DNA of 64,000 nucleotides from Mobula hypostoma (taxonomy: Eukaryota). Location of the stretch: positions 28,770,001 to 28,834,000 of the forward strand of contig NC_086109.1 of the NCBI RefSeq assembly GCF_963921235.1, given 5' to 3'. Below the pieces are notes generated by a model. That model ran no database searches and was not told where the DNA came from. It saw only the letters and a list, made by a program, of their open reading frames with translations. The translations under genes were made by a program, and so were the position numbers. Shown here piece by piece: positions 25,740 through 36,810 of this stretch. The stretch's first letter is position 1. Each line of letters opens with the position of its first letter.

Positions 25740-26200
25740 CCTCTGAGAAAAAGTGTGTTAGAAGATCAAGACCTAGGATTCCGTACAGAACTCAGTCGAC
25801 TGAGCAACAGTGACTTCAGCTCTCCTGAATGTTTCTCAGAAATGGATTACTCATGAAGTACTTGTGAGAGATATCACCATCACCATTGCTGCAAAACTCT
25901 CAGAATTCACTGGAAAGATAAGTAAACAATATCAGAGTTCTTTCCCAGGTCAACAGTTCCCAGGACTGGGGATTTAGCATACTCATTTGTCTGAGTTGGA
26001 TGAGTCATAATTCTGAAATGCCACAATGCAACAGATATCTAAAGCATGCTCTCTATTCTGGATATAGGCTACCAGGAGGACAGAGAAAGAATGCATGCTT
26101 TTAAAGCTTTCTTAATGAAATGTAATATCCCCAATGAACACTCAGGATCCCTGGCCCATGACCACTCAAAGTAGTAAAAGAACATTTGGTTTGTATTGAG
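25740..26200 (+). mobile_element. Old RTE LINE fragment, left half (split by provirus)
   Basis: Decayed RTE C-terminal codons (LSWMSH, HALYS, LPGGQRK, LKAFLMKCNIP, SLAHDHSK); continues at 32012. Confidence 0.7.
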
Positions 26201-27009
26201 AGTTGTGACTGTGAATGAAGTCACCAGAGAGAACTGAAGCTGGTGATATAAAAGTCTTTATTCAGCACAACAAGCAGGCGTCATTCAAGAAACATACAGT
26301 AGAGGCTCGCAAACCTAAAGGTACATCACATTTTTATACCCTTAAGATCAAAGGTAACAGCAGGTGATTCAATACAATTTCAGTAATTACAATAACATTG
26401 AATACTTCAGTAGTTTGGATTGACAAATGGTTCCTTTGAGATACATAGTGGAAGCACATTGTAATTGATAAGATACCTTTGAAGGTCCAAGAGCCTTTGG
26501 TAAAAACCATTGATCACAAATATACTAAAATCTTTTCACAATAGAGAGGCAGACACCCAAAATAGTGATGTCAGGGCTGTCTATGAGTATTCAAATATAG
26601 TAAGTACACAAAAATTATTGAGTGTCTATACCTGTGACCACGTTTGATACGTTAAGTGACAACCCTCGTCTGTTCTGACAGCTTCAACTCAGTCACAACG
26701 GTGCAAATAATGGCCATGTTGCCTGGTTTGATACAATCCAAGTAATACAACTTCTATTCTCTTAATATTTGGCTCTTGCAATCTATTAGACTGTGCAACA
26801 GATCATGTTTTTAACATCAATTTACTAATGGAATTTACAAAAATCTGAAGGCTAATTGCAAGATTCCTGGACTTAGTTACATTTACAATAAGGCCTGATG
26901 TCTGGCTCTTCTTTGAATTAATATCTGCTATACTCACGTAATTCTGTCTCAGGAAGCCCTTCACTTCGGAACCCATCCCTAATTACACCTATATCTACAC
27001 TATCTAACA
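26201..27009 (-). repeat. Provirus 3' LTR (inner boundary uncertain, ~26950-27009)
   Basis: Aligns by eye with 31117-32011 at roughly 80% identity; minus-strand TATAAAA at 26332-26338 and AATAAA at 26257-26262. Confidence 0.85.
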
Positions 27010-27160
27010 TCTCTAATTGGTGGCCCGCAAGACCGTGCGGAGGTGGCAATAAAATGTTCCAGAAGTTTGATCACATCATCTTCACCCCTTCAATCTCTGA
27101 TAGTTAAATCTATCAGTGGGTGCCAGTACTTATGCTGTGAGCAGGTTCACAGCAAGGTAA

Positions 27161-27381
27161 ACACGAGGAATTCTGCAGATGCTGGAAATTCAAGCAACAC
27201 ACATCAAAGTTGCTGGTGAACGCTGCAGGCCAGGCAGCATCTCTAGGAAGAGGTACAGTCGAGGTTTCTGGCCGAGACCCTTCACAGACCCTGACGAAGG
27301 GTCTTGGCCCGAAACGTCGACTGTACCTCTTCCTAGAGATGCTGCCTGGCCTGCTGCGTTCACCAGCAACTTTGATGTGTG
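27161..27381. mobile_element. Fold-back Penelope mini-element with hammerhead motif
   Basis: 87-bp inverted arms (27197-27283 and 27296-27382, 4 mismatches) around a 12-nt loop; 14-bp TSD TCACAGCAAGGTAA at 27147-27160 and 27382-27395. Confidence 0.92.
27285..27323 (+). ncRNA. Minimal hammerhead ribozyme motif, intact core
   Basis: CTGACGA AGGGTCTTGGCCC GAAAC GTC GACTG; stem I pairing is weak. Confidence 0.7.
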
Positions 27382-27417
27382 TCACAGCAAGGTAACTTTG
27401 TTTCAGGTTCACAGACA

Positions 27418-28985
27418 ACAGTTCACACTACATGCCATGACAGATTATCTGAATGATCAATTGGATGAAGATACAGTATCAGGTCAGAAATAACCAAATT
27501 CTACCTTGACACATCTTCTATACATGGATGGTTTGAAATTATACGTTATTTTGTCTGTAAAGCTAAAGCAATTAATTTAAATAGTAGAACAGTTTTCAAA
27601 AGATATAAACATGAACCTTGAACTAGGTAAGTACAGAACATTAATCAAAAAACGATGCAAAAGAGGTGTAGAATATAAAATAGAGAAACAGGATACAATA
27701 CAACTAATGGATGAACATGAAGCAGAAGTATTTGGGATATCAACAAGCAGAGAAATTAGATCATAGTGTGATAAGGGGAAAAGATTTGACTAAATTTATT
27801 TCAAGGATTAAGAAAATCTGCCAAATAGAGTTCAATAGTAAAAATATATCAAAGTGAGTAAACACTTTCGCTAGACCTAAATTAATATATTTTTCAGCAT
27901 AATATCTTGGTCCGAACCTGATCTGAAAAATTTACAAAGAAAAATAAGAACTGAAATGACAAATTTTAGAAACATATTTTATTAACAGACTTAAAAATTT
28001 ACATAACAGTCATATAAATCTTCTAAGGATATATTTACATCAACAAAAACTGGATTCAGCGCTCTGTACGAGCATATGCAATTCTGATAAGAAGTACACA
28101 GCACTGACTGAACTTTAATGAAAGCATAACCCAGAAAAATGAAGAAATTATCATCATAGAAGAAAAAAGTTAACCAATGGAAGAGCATGACTCTCCATGG
28201 AAGACATCTCCCTGATCTGAGCAGACTAGATGTCAACAAGGAAACGTCAAATGCCTGGCTCAGAATTGGAGACCACTTCCCAGAAACAGAATTCCTTAAG
28301 GCAATACAGGACCAGGTGGTTAACAGAAAAAAAAATCAAACATACAAAATAAAACACCAAAAAATTCAAGATGATAAATGCAGAAAATGACAAGAGAAAC
28401 CAGAAACAATCTAACACATAACAGGATTCCACAGCAGTTTAGCACAATCTGATTACTTACAAAGGCACAATCAAGTGGCAAACATCTTGCATCAAAATCT
28501 TGCTTTAAAATACAAACTCATAAAGGACACCATAACTGACTATAAATACATGCCTGATCCAGTTTTAGAATCAGAGTCCTATAAATTATTTTATAATTAA
28601 TTTGTTATTACAGATAGGACAATCCATAATAAACATCCAGACATAAAATTACAGGATAAACAAGCAATAACAACAATCGATATAGCCATTCCAAAAACAC
28701 ACAACATACAGAAATCAATAAGTGAAAAACACTAGAGATATGCTGAAGTAAATTGGAAATTGAAAGACTATGGAACATGAACCAATAGTTATGTACAACT
28801 GGTACCACCTGATCGTCACTACACAATACGATTAAACAATTGGGCTTACACAGCAACATTTATGTAAATTTTCAGAAAGCCATAATACTAAATATCTCTA
28901 TAATAGTCTGAAAGTTCCTAGCAATTGTGAATTGAGTATGCTTGGCTAAGCCCGTATCTCAGGTTTTACCAGCCTGAGCTGAGAA
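27418..28985 (+). mobile_element. R4/Dong-clade non-LTR retrotransposon, 5'-truncated, decayed
   Basis: LTHLLYMDGLKLY (YMDD motif), WKSMTLHGRH, AIQDQVV, CRK..KPETI.HI zinc knuckle, RHNQVA, and PD...DIAIP restriction-like endonuclease. Confidence 0.9.
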
Positions 28986-28992
28986 AAAATAA

Positions 28993-29070
<78 letters not shown>

Positions 29071-29111
29071 ACAAACAAACAAACAAACAAACAAACAAAC
29101 AAATAAATAGA

Positions 29112-29178
<67 letters not shown>

Positions 29179-29180
29179 GC
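28986..29180 (+). repeat. Compound microsatellite (TAA)n(TAAA)n(CAAA)n(TAAA)n
   Basis: Directly visible, immediately 3' of the R4/Dong element. Confidence 0.98.
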
Positions 29181-29418
29181 AATAAATATCAAGAACGTGA
29201 GATGAAGAGTCCTCGAAAGTGAGTCCATAATTTGTGGGAACAGTTCAGTGATAGGGCAAGTGAGGTTGAGTGAAGTTATCCTCTCTCGTTCAAGAGTCTG
29301 ATGGTTGAGGGGTAATAACTGTTCCTGAACCTGGTGATGTGAGTCCTGAGGCTCCTGTACATCTTTTCTCCTGGCAGCAGCAAAAAGAGAGCATGATCTG
29401 GGTGGTCCCAGATGATGA
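29178..29418 (-). mobile_element. Rex1/Babar-like LINE 3' fragment
   Basis: Minus strand encodes LLPGEKMYRSLRTHITRFRNSYYPSTIRLLN-type C-terminus; same family as 36590-37350, 45160-45400 and 54500-54900. Confidence 0.8.
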
Positions 29419-29542
29419 TTCACAGACATTGTCTCATGTCTTTTTCCTGCTTGGGGCTGCCATCTCTCCATGGGCTATGTTGTCTGCTCTGGGAATCACA
29501 CATGTTTGCTGTGCCTGTCTTGACCATGTTATTTGTCCCTTT

Positions 29543-29790
29543 GTTGAATCTACTCAGTATGTCTATACCCAGGGCAGTACTGTCGTTGTTTAGGCATACC
29601 CAGAAATCAACAAGAAGCCACACTCCCTCAATCTCAACACCTGAGGCTCACTTCTCTCTGTCCTCATTGTCTTACCTCCCACACTGGTAATGTAAATTGC
29701 CTCTCCAGTCATGGGAAAGGATAGAACACAAACATTTCACATTGCCAGCCCCCTAATATACATTTGTGTACATCCGTGTGTGACCAGTAC
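29543..29790 (-). pseudogene. Retroviral aspartic protease remnant
   Basis: Hand translation with frameshifts: LGGWQCEMFV / FPMTGEAIYITSVGGKTMRTERSEP / VEIEGVWLLVDFWVCLNNDSTALGIDILSRFN. The flap-like VGG and LGxDxL motifs are present; the catalytic DTG appears deleted. Confidence 0.72.
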
Positions 29791-30348
29791 TTGCAATGAA
29801 GGCTGCCACTAGCCGTTTGCTAGTCCTCAGCAGTACTATGATCTGGTTGGCAGTCAGATCGAACAGAGGGGGCACTGCTGAGCTTTCTGCCCATTTTGGT
29901 GAGTGATTCTCACACCTTCTTCCCTTATTAGGATACTACCCCCAACTATGAGAGGCCACAGCTGTAACAAATCATCACCTTTACCCTTCTCTGTCTATTC
30001 CAACAGTTCTTTGCTGGGTACTCTGGCTACTAGCACACAAATCAAGTATGCTGTGACATGACAGCAGCCACACTCACTACAGTCACTTTATAACTTCTCC
30101 TCCCCCTCCTCTTGATACCATCACAGGCTAGGTCACTCCCACTGCTATCCCCAAATTTAAAATTTCCTGGTGAGCTGAGCTTGGGCCTTCCTTCAGCATT
30201 TTCAGTAAGACTGGATCATCCCTCCCTGGATTGTCCAATACTTAATATGCTTCATATCCTTGATATTTACTCTCTGTATAACCTGTGGCTGGTTTATCAG
30301 CTCTCTGAACCGTTGACATTATCACTCCCTAGTTACTCTCACCTCCCC

Positions 30349-30413
30349 CCTAGTTGCTGCCTCTCTTCCTCCTAGTTGCTGCCTCTCTTCCTCCTAGTTG
30401 CTGCCTCTCTTCC
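30349..30413. repeat. 22-bp tandem repeat, 3 copies
   Basis: Unit CCTAGTTGCTGCCTCTCTTCCT. Confidence 0.95.
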
Positions 30414-30468
30414 ACCTTAAAGAAGTGATACCTCTCTTCTTTACTGCCATTCCCAGCAGTTGCCCATG

Positions 30469-30540
30469 TACCGTCCTACATTCACAAGGCCATACTATCC
30501 CATATACCGTCCTACATTCACAAGGCCATACTATCCCATA
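30469..30540. repeat. 36-bp perfect tandem duplication
   Basis: Unit TACCGTCCTACATTCACAAGGCCATACTATCCCATA, two copies. Confidence 0.95.
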
Positions 30541-31043
30541 TAGCCCTCAGGCATTTTGCCTTTATCAACACACGTATATCTTTTGGGTGCATTTTGTGTA
30601 TTTCAGTCATCTCTTTGAGCTTGAGCCAGAATTCTGAATTCCCACAAACAACCTTAAGCAGCACGGACTAAATGCTCTGCTTCTCCCTGTGGGTGAAGGG
30701 CTTGTGAGTGGTAATAATCAGGGTCAAGAGCTAGCTTCGATTGTCAGGATTCTTGACCTGGCATTGTCAGATCTCAATGCATGCCATCACAAACCAGTAT
30801 GCCACAAAACAGTTCCCCCCGAACGAATATACACGCGCTCGTCTGATGTCCTGAATGATCAGTAAACCCCACCTTTTGCAACAGGTGGCCCCATCTCGCC
30901 AAGCTGTAGTAAACTCTCTAATAGCTGATCCCTTGCACAAATGCACATGTACACACACACCACAATTTTATATCTGCTGTGTTCTTTGATACTTTGTGAT
31001 CCTGTGGTGAATAGATCTAAGCGTCTGTGCTACTCTTGAAAAT

Positions 31044-31049
31044 ACTCAC
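31044..31049 (-). promoter_or_regulatory. Putative retroviral major splice donor
   Basis: GGG|GTGAGT about 50 nt downstream of the PBS. Confidence 0.55.
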
Positions 31050-31096
31050 CCCATTAGACTGCTGAGATCGCTGGCCACACAGTGGGTCACAAGCAT

Positions 31097-31114
31097 ATCC
31101 CTGATGAGCCCCCA
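31097..31114 (-). promoter_or_regulatory. Primer-binding site, tRNA-Pro
   Basis: Minus strand TGGGGGCTCATCAGGGAT versus the canonical tRNA-Pro PBS TGGGGGCTCGTCCGGGAT (16/18); lies 2 nt after the LTR end ...CACAACA. Confidence 0.9.
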
Positions 31115-31116
31115 GA

Positions 31117-32011
31117 TGTTGTGACTGTGATCAAAGTCACCGAAGAGACACAGAAGCTGGTGATATAGAAGTCTTTATTCAGCGCAGCAAGCAGGCATCA
31201 TACTGGAGACATTCTTGGTAGAAGCTCACAAAGGCAAAGATGCATCTCATTTTATACCCTTGAGATCAAAGGTAACAGTAGGTGATTAAATACAATTTCA
31301 ATAGTAACAGTGACATTGTTTACATCAATAGATAACTAGTGGAAGCACATTGTAATTGATGAGACACCTCTGAAGTTCCAAATTCCTTTGGAAAGAAGTA
31401 TTTATTACAAATATTATAAAACCTTTTGATGGCAGAGAATCAGATGTCCAAAATTAATGTTGTCAGGGTTGTCTCTGAGTACACAAATATGGTAAGTACA
31501 CAAAAACTATTGATTGCTGATACCTGTGCCCATGTTTGATATGCTAAATGACAATGTTGTCTAGTCTGCCATCTTGAACTCAGTCACAATGGTGGAAATA
31601 ACTTATCCATGTTGCTTGGTTTGAATCAATCCAATTAATACAACTCCCATTGACTTAATGTTTGGCTTTTCAGAATCAGAATCAGAATCAGGTTTATTAT
31701 CACCGACATGTGTCGTGAAATTTGTTGACTTAGCAGCAGCAGTTCAATGCGATAGTAATATAGAAGAAGAAGACAAAATAATGGTGATAATAATAAATCA
31801 ATCAATCAATCAATCAATTACAGTATACATATATTGAATAGAGTCTCAATCTGTGGATCACCCTGCACTTTAAGTTCAGTTTACTGCTTTCAATTTACAA
31901 AAAAAAACTGAAGGCTAATTAAAAGCTTCCTAAACTTATTTTCGTTTACAGATTTGTGGCTGAGATCTTGTTTGAATTAATATCTGCTACATTTCATAAT
32001 ACTCCCTAACA
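31117..32011 (-). repeat. Provirus 5' LTR (contains a ~170-bp LINE 3' tail insert at ~31672-31842)
   Basis: Minus-strand termini TGTTAG...CAACA; TATAAA at 31251-31256; AATAAA at 31174-31179; homologous to the LTR starting at 26201. Confidence 0.88.
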
Positions 32012-32225
32012 TTGAGAACCTCTGTGATTGCAGTTATTTAGCCATGTGTAGATAACAGATGGAACATGCTAAATCACTAACTAGTCACCTGCCAGGGACT
32101 CCTGCTCCTTGTACAGAGGAGTCTGCAAATCATAGATCAGCCTCATCAATCTTTTCAAAACTAACAAAGCTGGAATGGAAGCAAAAGTCATCCTCAATCC
32201 CAAGGGGCTGCTCGAGAAAAGAAAT
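32012..32225 (+). mobile_element. Old RTE LINE fragment, right half
   Basis: GVCKS*ISLIN (decayed C.SRIGL.SH motif) and an RTE 3' end GCAAAAGTCATCCTCAATCCCAAGGGGCTGC...AAGAA. Confidence 0.75.
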
Positions 32226-32599
32226 ATGAAATAATGCTTACTCACTATAAGATGCTTACCCATTTGGGTTTTGCTAGTAACTCTTGGCTCCAGATCTTTT
32301 CATGGGCTGTGTCCAAGTATGGGTTAAAGTGCTGAGTTCTAGTGATGTGGCACGAACTACTATCAGTTACATCAAGGTAGTAATTGACTGTGTATGACAT
32401 TAAAGAGCTCTGCTTACACTAAAGTTAATGTGCATTAAGGAGAAAATATTTTAATGTAGAAGTTATGCCTTACACAAAGAAATATAAAATTAGTTACTGG
32501 TGGTCAATTATTCCTTTTACAAGAAATTATTGGAGGAGTACCTCAGGACAGAGTCCCAGGTTCACCCATCCAAAACTACTTCATCAAAGATGCTTATAG

Positions 32600-33165
32600 C
32601 TATACATCTCCACAGCTCGGAAACAGGCTTTTTGGCTCATCTCGTCTGTGCTGACCTTTTTTCTGCCTAGCCCCAATACTTGCACCTGCACTATACCCTC
32701 CATATTATTCTCATCCATGTACCTAGTCCTAGACCCTGCTGCACCTAGTCTCAACTCCAGCCATCTAGACTCTGTCTTGCCACTGGATCCAGATGGGAAT
32801 TGGGAAGAGAGAGAGAGGCTGACGCTGTGTAATTCTCCCTCACTTAATCCAAACCACGCGCTAGTCTCGACACCATCAAATGGTATCAAGGTCCTCCTCG
32901 ACGTCGACGATGGACGAACGCACATCCATGTACCTATCCAAACATCTCTCAATTGTTGCAATTGAGCCTGCATCCACCACCTTGCCTTGCACTCGTTCCA
33001 GATTTGCAATGCCCTCTGAGTGAAGATGTTCCCACCTCAGTGTCCTCTTGAATATTTCACCTTTCACCCTCATCCTATGGCCTTGATTTCTAGTCTCACT
33101 TGTTAAGGGGAAAAAACCTGAATGTATTTACCCCATCTATATCCATCATAATTTTGTATGATTTA
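32600..33165 (-). mobile_element. CR1 3' fragment containing a 197-bp RTE-like 3'-end insert (32726-32922)
   Basis: The insert is flanked by a 14-bp TSD CATCCATGTACCTA (32712-32725 and 32923-32936) and ends GACGTCGACGATGGACGAACG. Confidence 0.8.
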
Positions 33166-33959
33166 GTCATCAGGACAGAAGTTTGCTGAAGATTTCACAA
33201 TGTTCAAATATTCACAATTTCTCAGCAAATGCAATACTTCACCCTTGGAATGCAGCAAAATCTTGTCAACATTCAGACACAGGCTGATAGTAGCAAATAA
33301 CATCTACGGAACAAAAAAAATCTACGTAATGTCTATCTCCAACAACATTCTATCTATCCAGCTTTCCATCCCATCAATGAATCTCCAGCTATTAACATCC
33401 TGCTGGTCACCTTTGACCAGAATCACAAGTGGACCATCCTGTGCTACAAGTTTAAATAAAAAGGTGAGTACCCTTTGCTGGGTAATTCATCTTTAGATGT
33501 CACAACCATTTTTCACTACTTACAAGTCACACGCAAAGGACCTGATGGAATTGTTTCTGCATGTCTGGGTGAATGCAGCTCCCGCAACACTCCCAAAGAT
33601 GCATACCATCTGTGGCAAAGCAAGCTAAATGATTGGCATCCCGTCTACTGCATTAAACAATCACTCCCTCCACTGCCAGTGCATATTTGCTCTCGTGTGC
33701 TATATCTGCATAATGCATAGCAGCTTTTCTCCCAAATGATTCAACACCAGCTTGCAGACTCACTACCTCTTTCACCAGGAATGACAAGGGCTTGTGATAC
33801 ACAGAAATACTATCTCCTCCAGCTTCTCCTTCCAGTTGTTCATCATTCTGACATTGAAATTTGTTACTGTTCTTTCATCGCTGTGGTATCTAAATTTCAA
33901 AGTTCCCTACCCAACAAAATGACTGCAGCAGTTCAATAAAGAGATTCATCCCAATATCA

Positions 33960-34415
33960 TTAATGCCATCAACACCAGTGATGCCAACGGGGGGAATAAA
34001 CGGGCTAGAAAGGCTGGCTCTGTTATAGGAGTCAAACTGGACACGCTGGAGGCTGTGGTAGAACTCAAGGACCGTACAGAAAATCCTGGCAATTCTGGAC
34101 AATGTTTCTCACCCTCCCCATGACACCTTGGCTGAACAGAGGAGCATTTTTAGTAATAGACTAAAACAACCACGCTGCTGCAAAGAGTACTACATGAGGA
34201 CATTCTCACCCTCGAACTTTAAGCTCTTTAATGAATCAACTTATAGCCGGGGAAGTGATAACCCCATCATATTAAATTGATTGAGGTAACATTTTTTTTT
34301 CTTTCTTACTTCTCTTCTAATATTTGTATATTTGTATAACTGTGCACTTGTAATGCTACTGTGACACTGTAATTTCCTTTGGGATCAATAAAGTAGCTAT
34401 CTCTTTATCTATCTA
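33960..34415 (+). mobile_element. Rex1/Babar-like LINE 3' fragment
   Basis: KILAILDNVSHPPHDTLAEQRSIFSNRLKQPRC; 3' end GGGATCAATAAAGTA...(TATC)n. Confidence 0.8.
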
Positions 34416-36810
34416 TGGACTCAAGGGCAACTATAAATGCTAGCAAAATCCCGAAAAATGAAATTAAAAAATACCTTCACCTGTTGGTATACAAAGGAAA
34501 CACAAGAGGTTTCGCAGATGCTGGAAATCCAGGATAAAGGACCCAATGGAATTGTTTTTACATACTCAGAGGAATATAAAGCAAAACAATTAAACCAGAA
34601 AAGATTTTCAGTTACCTTACCAAAATACCAAGCTATCAACACAATTACCAAACCCCAGTTCATTTATCAAGGCAAGGATTAAAGAAATAGTCATATAATA
34701 TAGAAATTTTTCATTACCCAAGACTCAGTAAGTAACACCATAATATTAATCACTTGTTTGCAAATTTAAGCTAGAGGGAATGTTGTATTCCAGCATTAGA
34801 CATGAAAGATAGAAACAAGCTGATTGTTTAAGTGAAAATGATGCTAAAATGCAAGACGGTAAAACGCCTTTCATGATTTAAGCTCTGGATATGCTCCACA
34901 GCATTTTTCTTCAAAGAGAAGTCCTGAAGCCCAATTTTAAATCAGTATTTGACTGCCTAAACTTGACATATTCCATTAAAATTGAATGAGGTATGTCAAC
35001 TTAAGGTAAACAATCATTGATTAGAACACAGCCCCTGGGCAGTATCAAGATGAGACAATGATGGCAGAAAATTCATGATTATGACAAATTGCAGTATGGG
35101 TCCTCAGATCTGGCCAACACAGGAGGCAAAATTATTCAACCTTCAGTGATTTACAAAAAGCAGGAGAGCTAAATTAGAGGTTAGTCTGCATATGCTGCAT
35201 AGCAAAATGTAATACTATTAAATTATTTTGACTTTTTAATACCAATTATTTATTTAATTCACATGGATATTGTTTTATCATAACCTATTGAAAAATAAAT
35301 CCTGAAAATTTGGACTGAGAACCAAATTTATATTTTAATATTATCGCCTCTCAAATAAACAATAGTGTCTACAGGATCCAAATTCAATGATATCAGAGCA
35401 AAGCCACATCAAATCATGTAACAACCTGAGTGATTTTCTGTGGGCCATTTTTAATTGACCAGCATTAAAATTTTACACACTTTAATTTTCTTACCAAACT
35501 TAAATGCCAATATGGATAGAAATTATTGAATTAATTTTCTCATTAGTCATGCAATCTGTCAAATAAATCATTTTGTCTGTTATCCAAAATGTCAACTCTT
35601 TCTCCATTAAATAAATTGCTGTTCAGCAAAGATAAGATTCCTGAAGCCATTGGGCCACATTTTATGAAGTACTACTGCTGCAAAGGACACCCACACATAT
35701 TGATTGTTGTTTTACTTCAGAGCTGCCAATATATGAGGCTATACTGCTTCAAAAATGCAGGAATTCTTTGAAGACACTCCTCAGTAATCCGGAGCATTAA
35801 CTCCTTGACAAAAATATGTTTTACCTGCATTGTCACATCATATTTTGTTGCAAGCATAATTTTATACCTCTCACTTGGGCGTGTTTTGGAGCAAATACAT
35901 TTTTTGACTATAACAAAATAAAATTCTGAAAATGCTCCTTTTCAGACTAAACCATCAGCTACTAACTTATGACCATTAATTTTGTTGTTCTAAATCTTCC
36001 AGTTAAATATATACAGCTAGAACACATTAAAATTAATTGGTACATTTAAGACAATTGAGAGCCGGTGATGAGGAAATAATACAATGATTAGTAGCTACTT
36101 CATTTGTAGAGTTTGAAAGGAAAGGATTTGCCCCAACTGGATATCAAATTTCCATAAAGATCAGAAGCTAGTATCAAAACAGCCAAGATTACCCTGATAA
36201 AAATAGAATACTTTTCAAGCCAAACAAAGAAGCAGGTTCAGAATGTGTAGGAAAGAGGAGAGGACAGCAATTTTTTTAGATAATTAGTTCATGTGTTTTC
36301 TCTATCATGGTCGCATAAACAGTAATTATATTTAAGATATCATGTCAAATTTTTTATATTGTTCAGATCTTTTCTAAATACTGTGCTTAAAAAATGAAAT
36401 ACACATTTACTCCAAAGGAATCATAAATATCAAGGTAAGTACAAATGATGGCCTATAGTTTGCATGTGCAAGTAGCTAAGGCTGAATGCAACATGGAAGG
36501 GAGCCTTCTGATGGTGGAGTTCTCAAAAAACTGTTGCTCCTTTTCACTCTTGTGGTAGAGTCCAGGATTTATAGGCATTTTTATTGATGCACACTTTGAT
36601 ACAGTGGGGAATATGCTAACTGGTTGCATCACAGCTTGATATGGAAACACCAACACCCAGGAATGGAAATAGCTACAGAAAGTTATGGGCAAGCCCAGTT
36701 CCTCACAGATAAAGCCCTTCCCACCACTGAATACCTTTACATGGAGTGCTGCCACAATAAAACAGCATCCATCATCAAGGACTCCCACCATCCAAGCCAT
36801 GCCCTCTTCT

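Larger units (their letters stand above)
29960..30730 (-). pseudogene. Retroviral gag remnant (capsid, MHR, CCHC nucleocapsid)
   Basis: Hand translation: ITTHKPFTHREKQSI*SVLLKVVCGNSEFWLKLKEMTEIHKMHPKDIRVLIKAKC; MHR-like N*GVIMSTVQRADKPATGYTESKYQGYEAY..DDPVLLKMLKEG; decayed knuckle *FVC**PEYPAKNCW at ~30000-30044. Confidence 0.75.
26201..32011 (-). mobile_element. Endogenous retrovirus-like provirus, old, internally deleted (gag-pro remnants; no RT or env seen)
   Basis: Paired direct LTRs; TSD TTGAG at 26196-26200 and 32012-32016; tRNA-Pro PBS; splice donor; decayed capsid, MHR, zinc knuckle and protease. Confidence 0.88.

Noticed and set aside
28946..29471. ORFs with (FIYL)n hydrophobic repeats resembling a membrane protein
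   Set aside because: They are translations of the (TAAA)n/(CAAA)n microsatellite.
26201..32011. Alternative reading of the two LTRs as independent solo LTRs or a segmental duplication
   Set aside because: The shared outer TSD, the RTE flanks that rejoin, and the PBS-gag-pro order between them support a single provirus.
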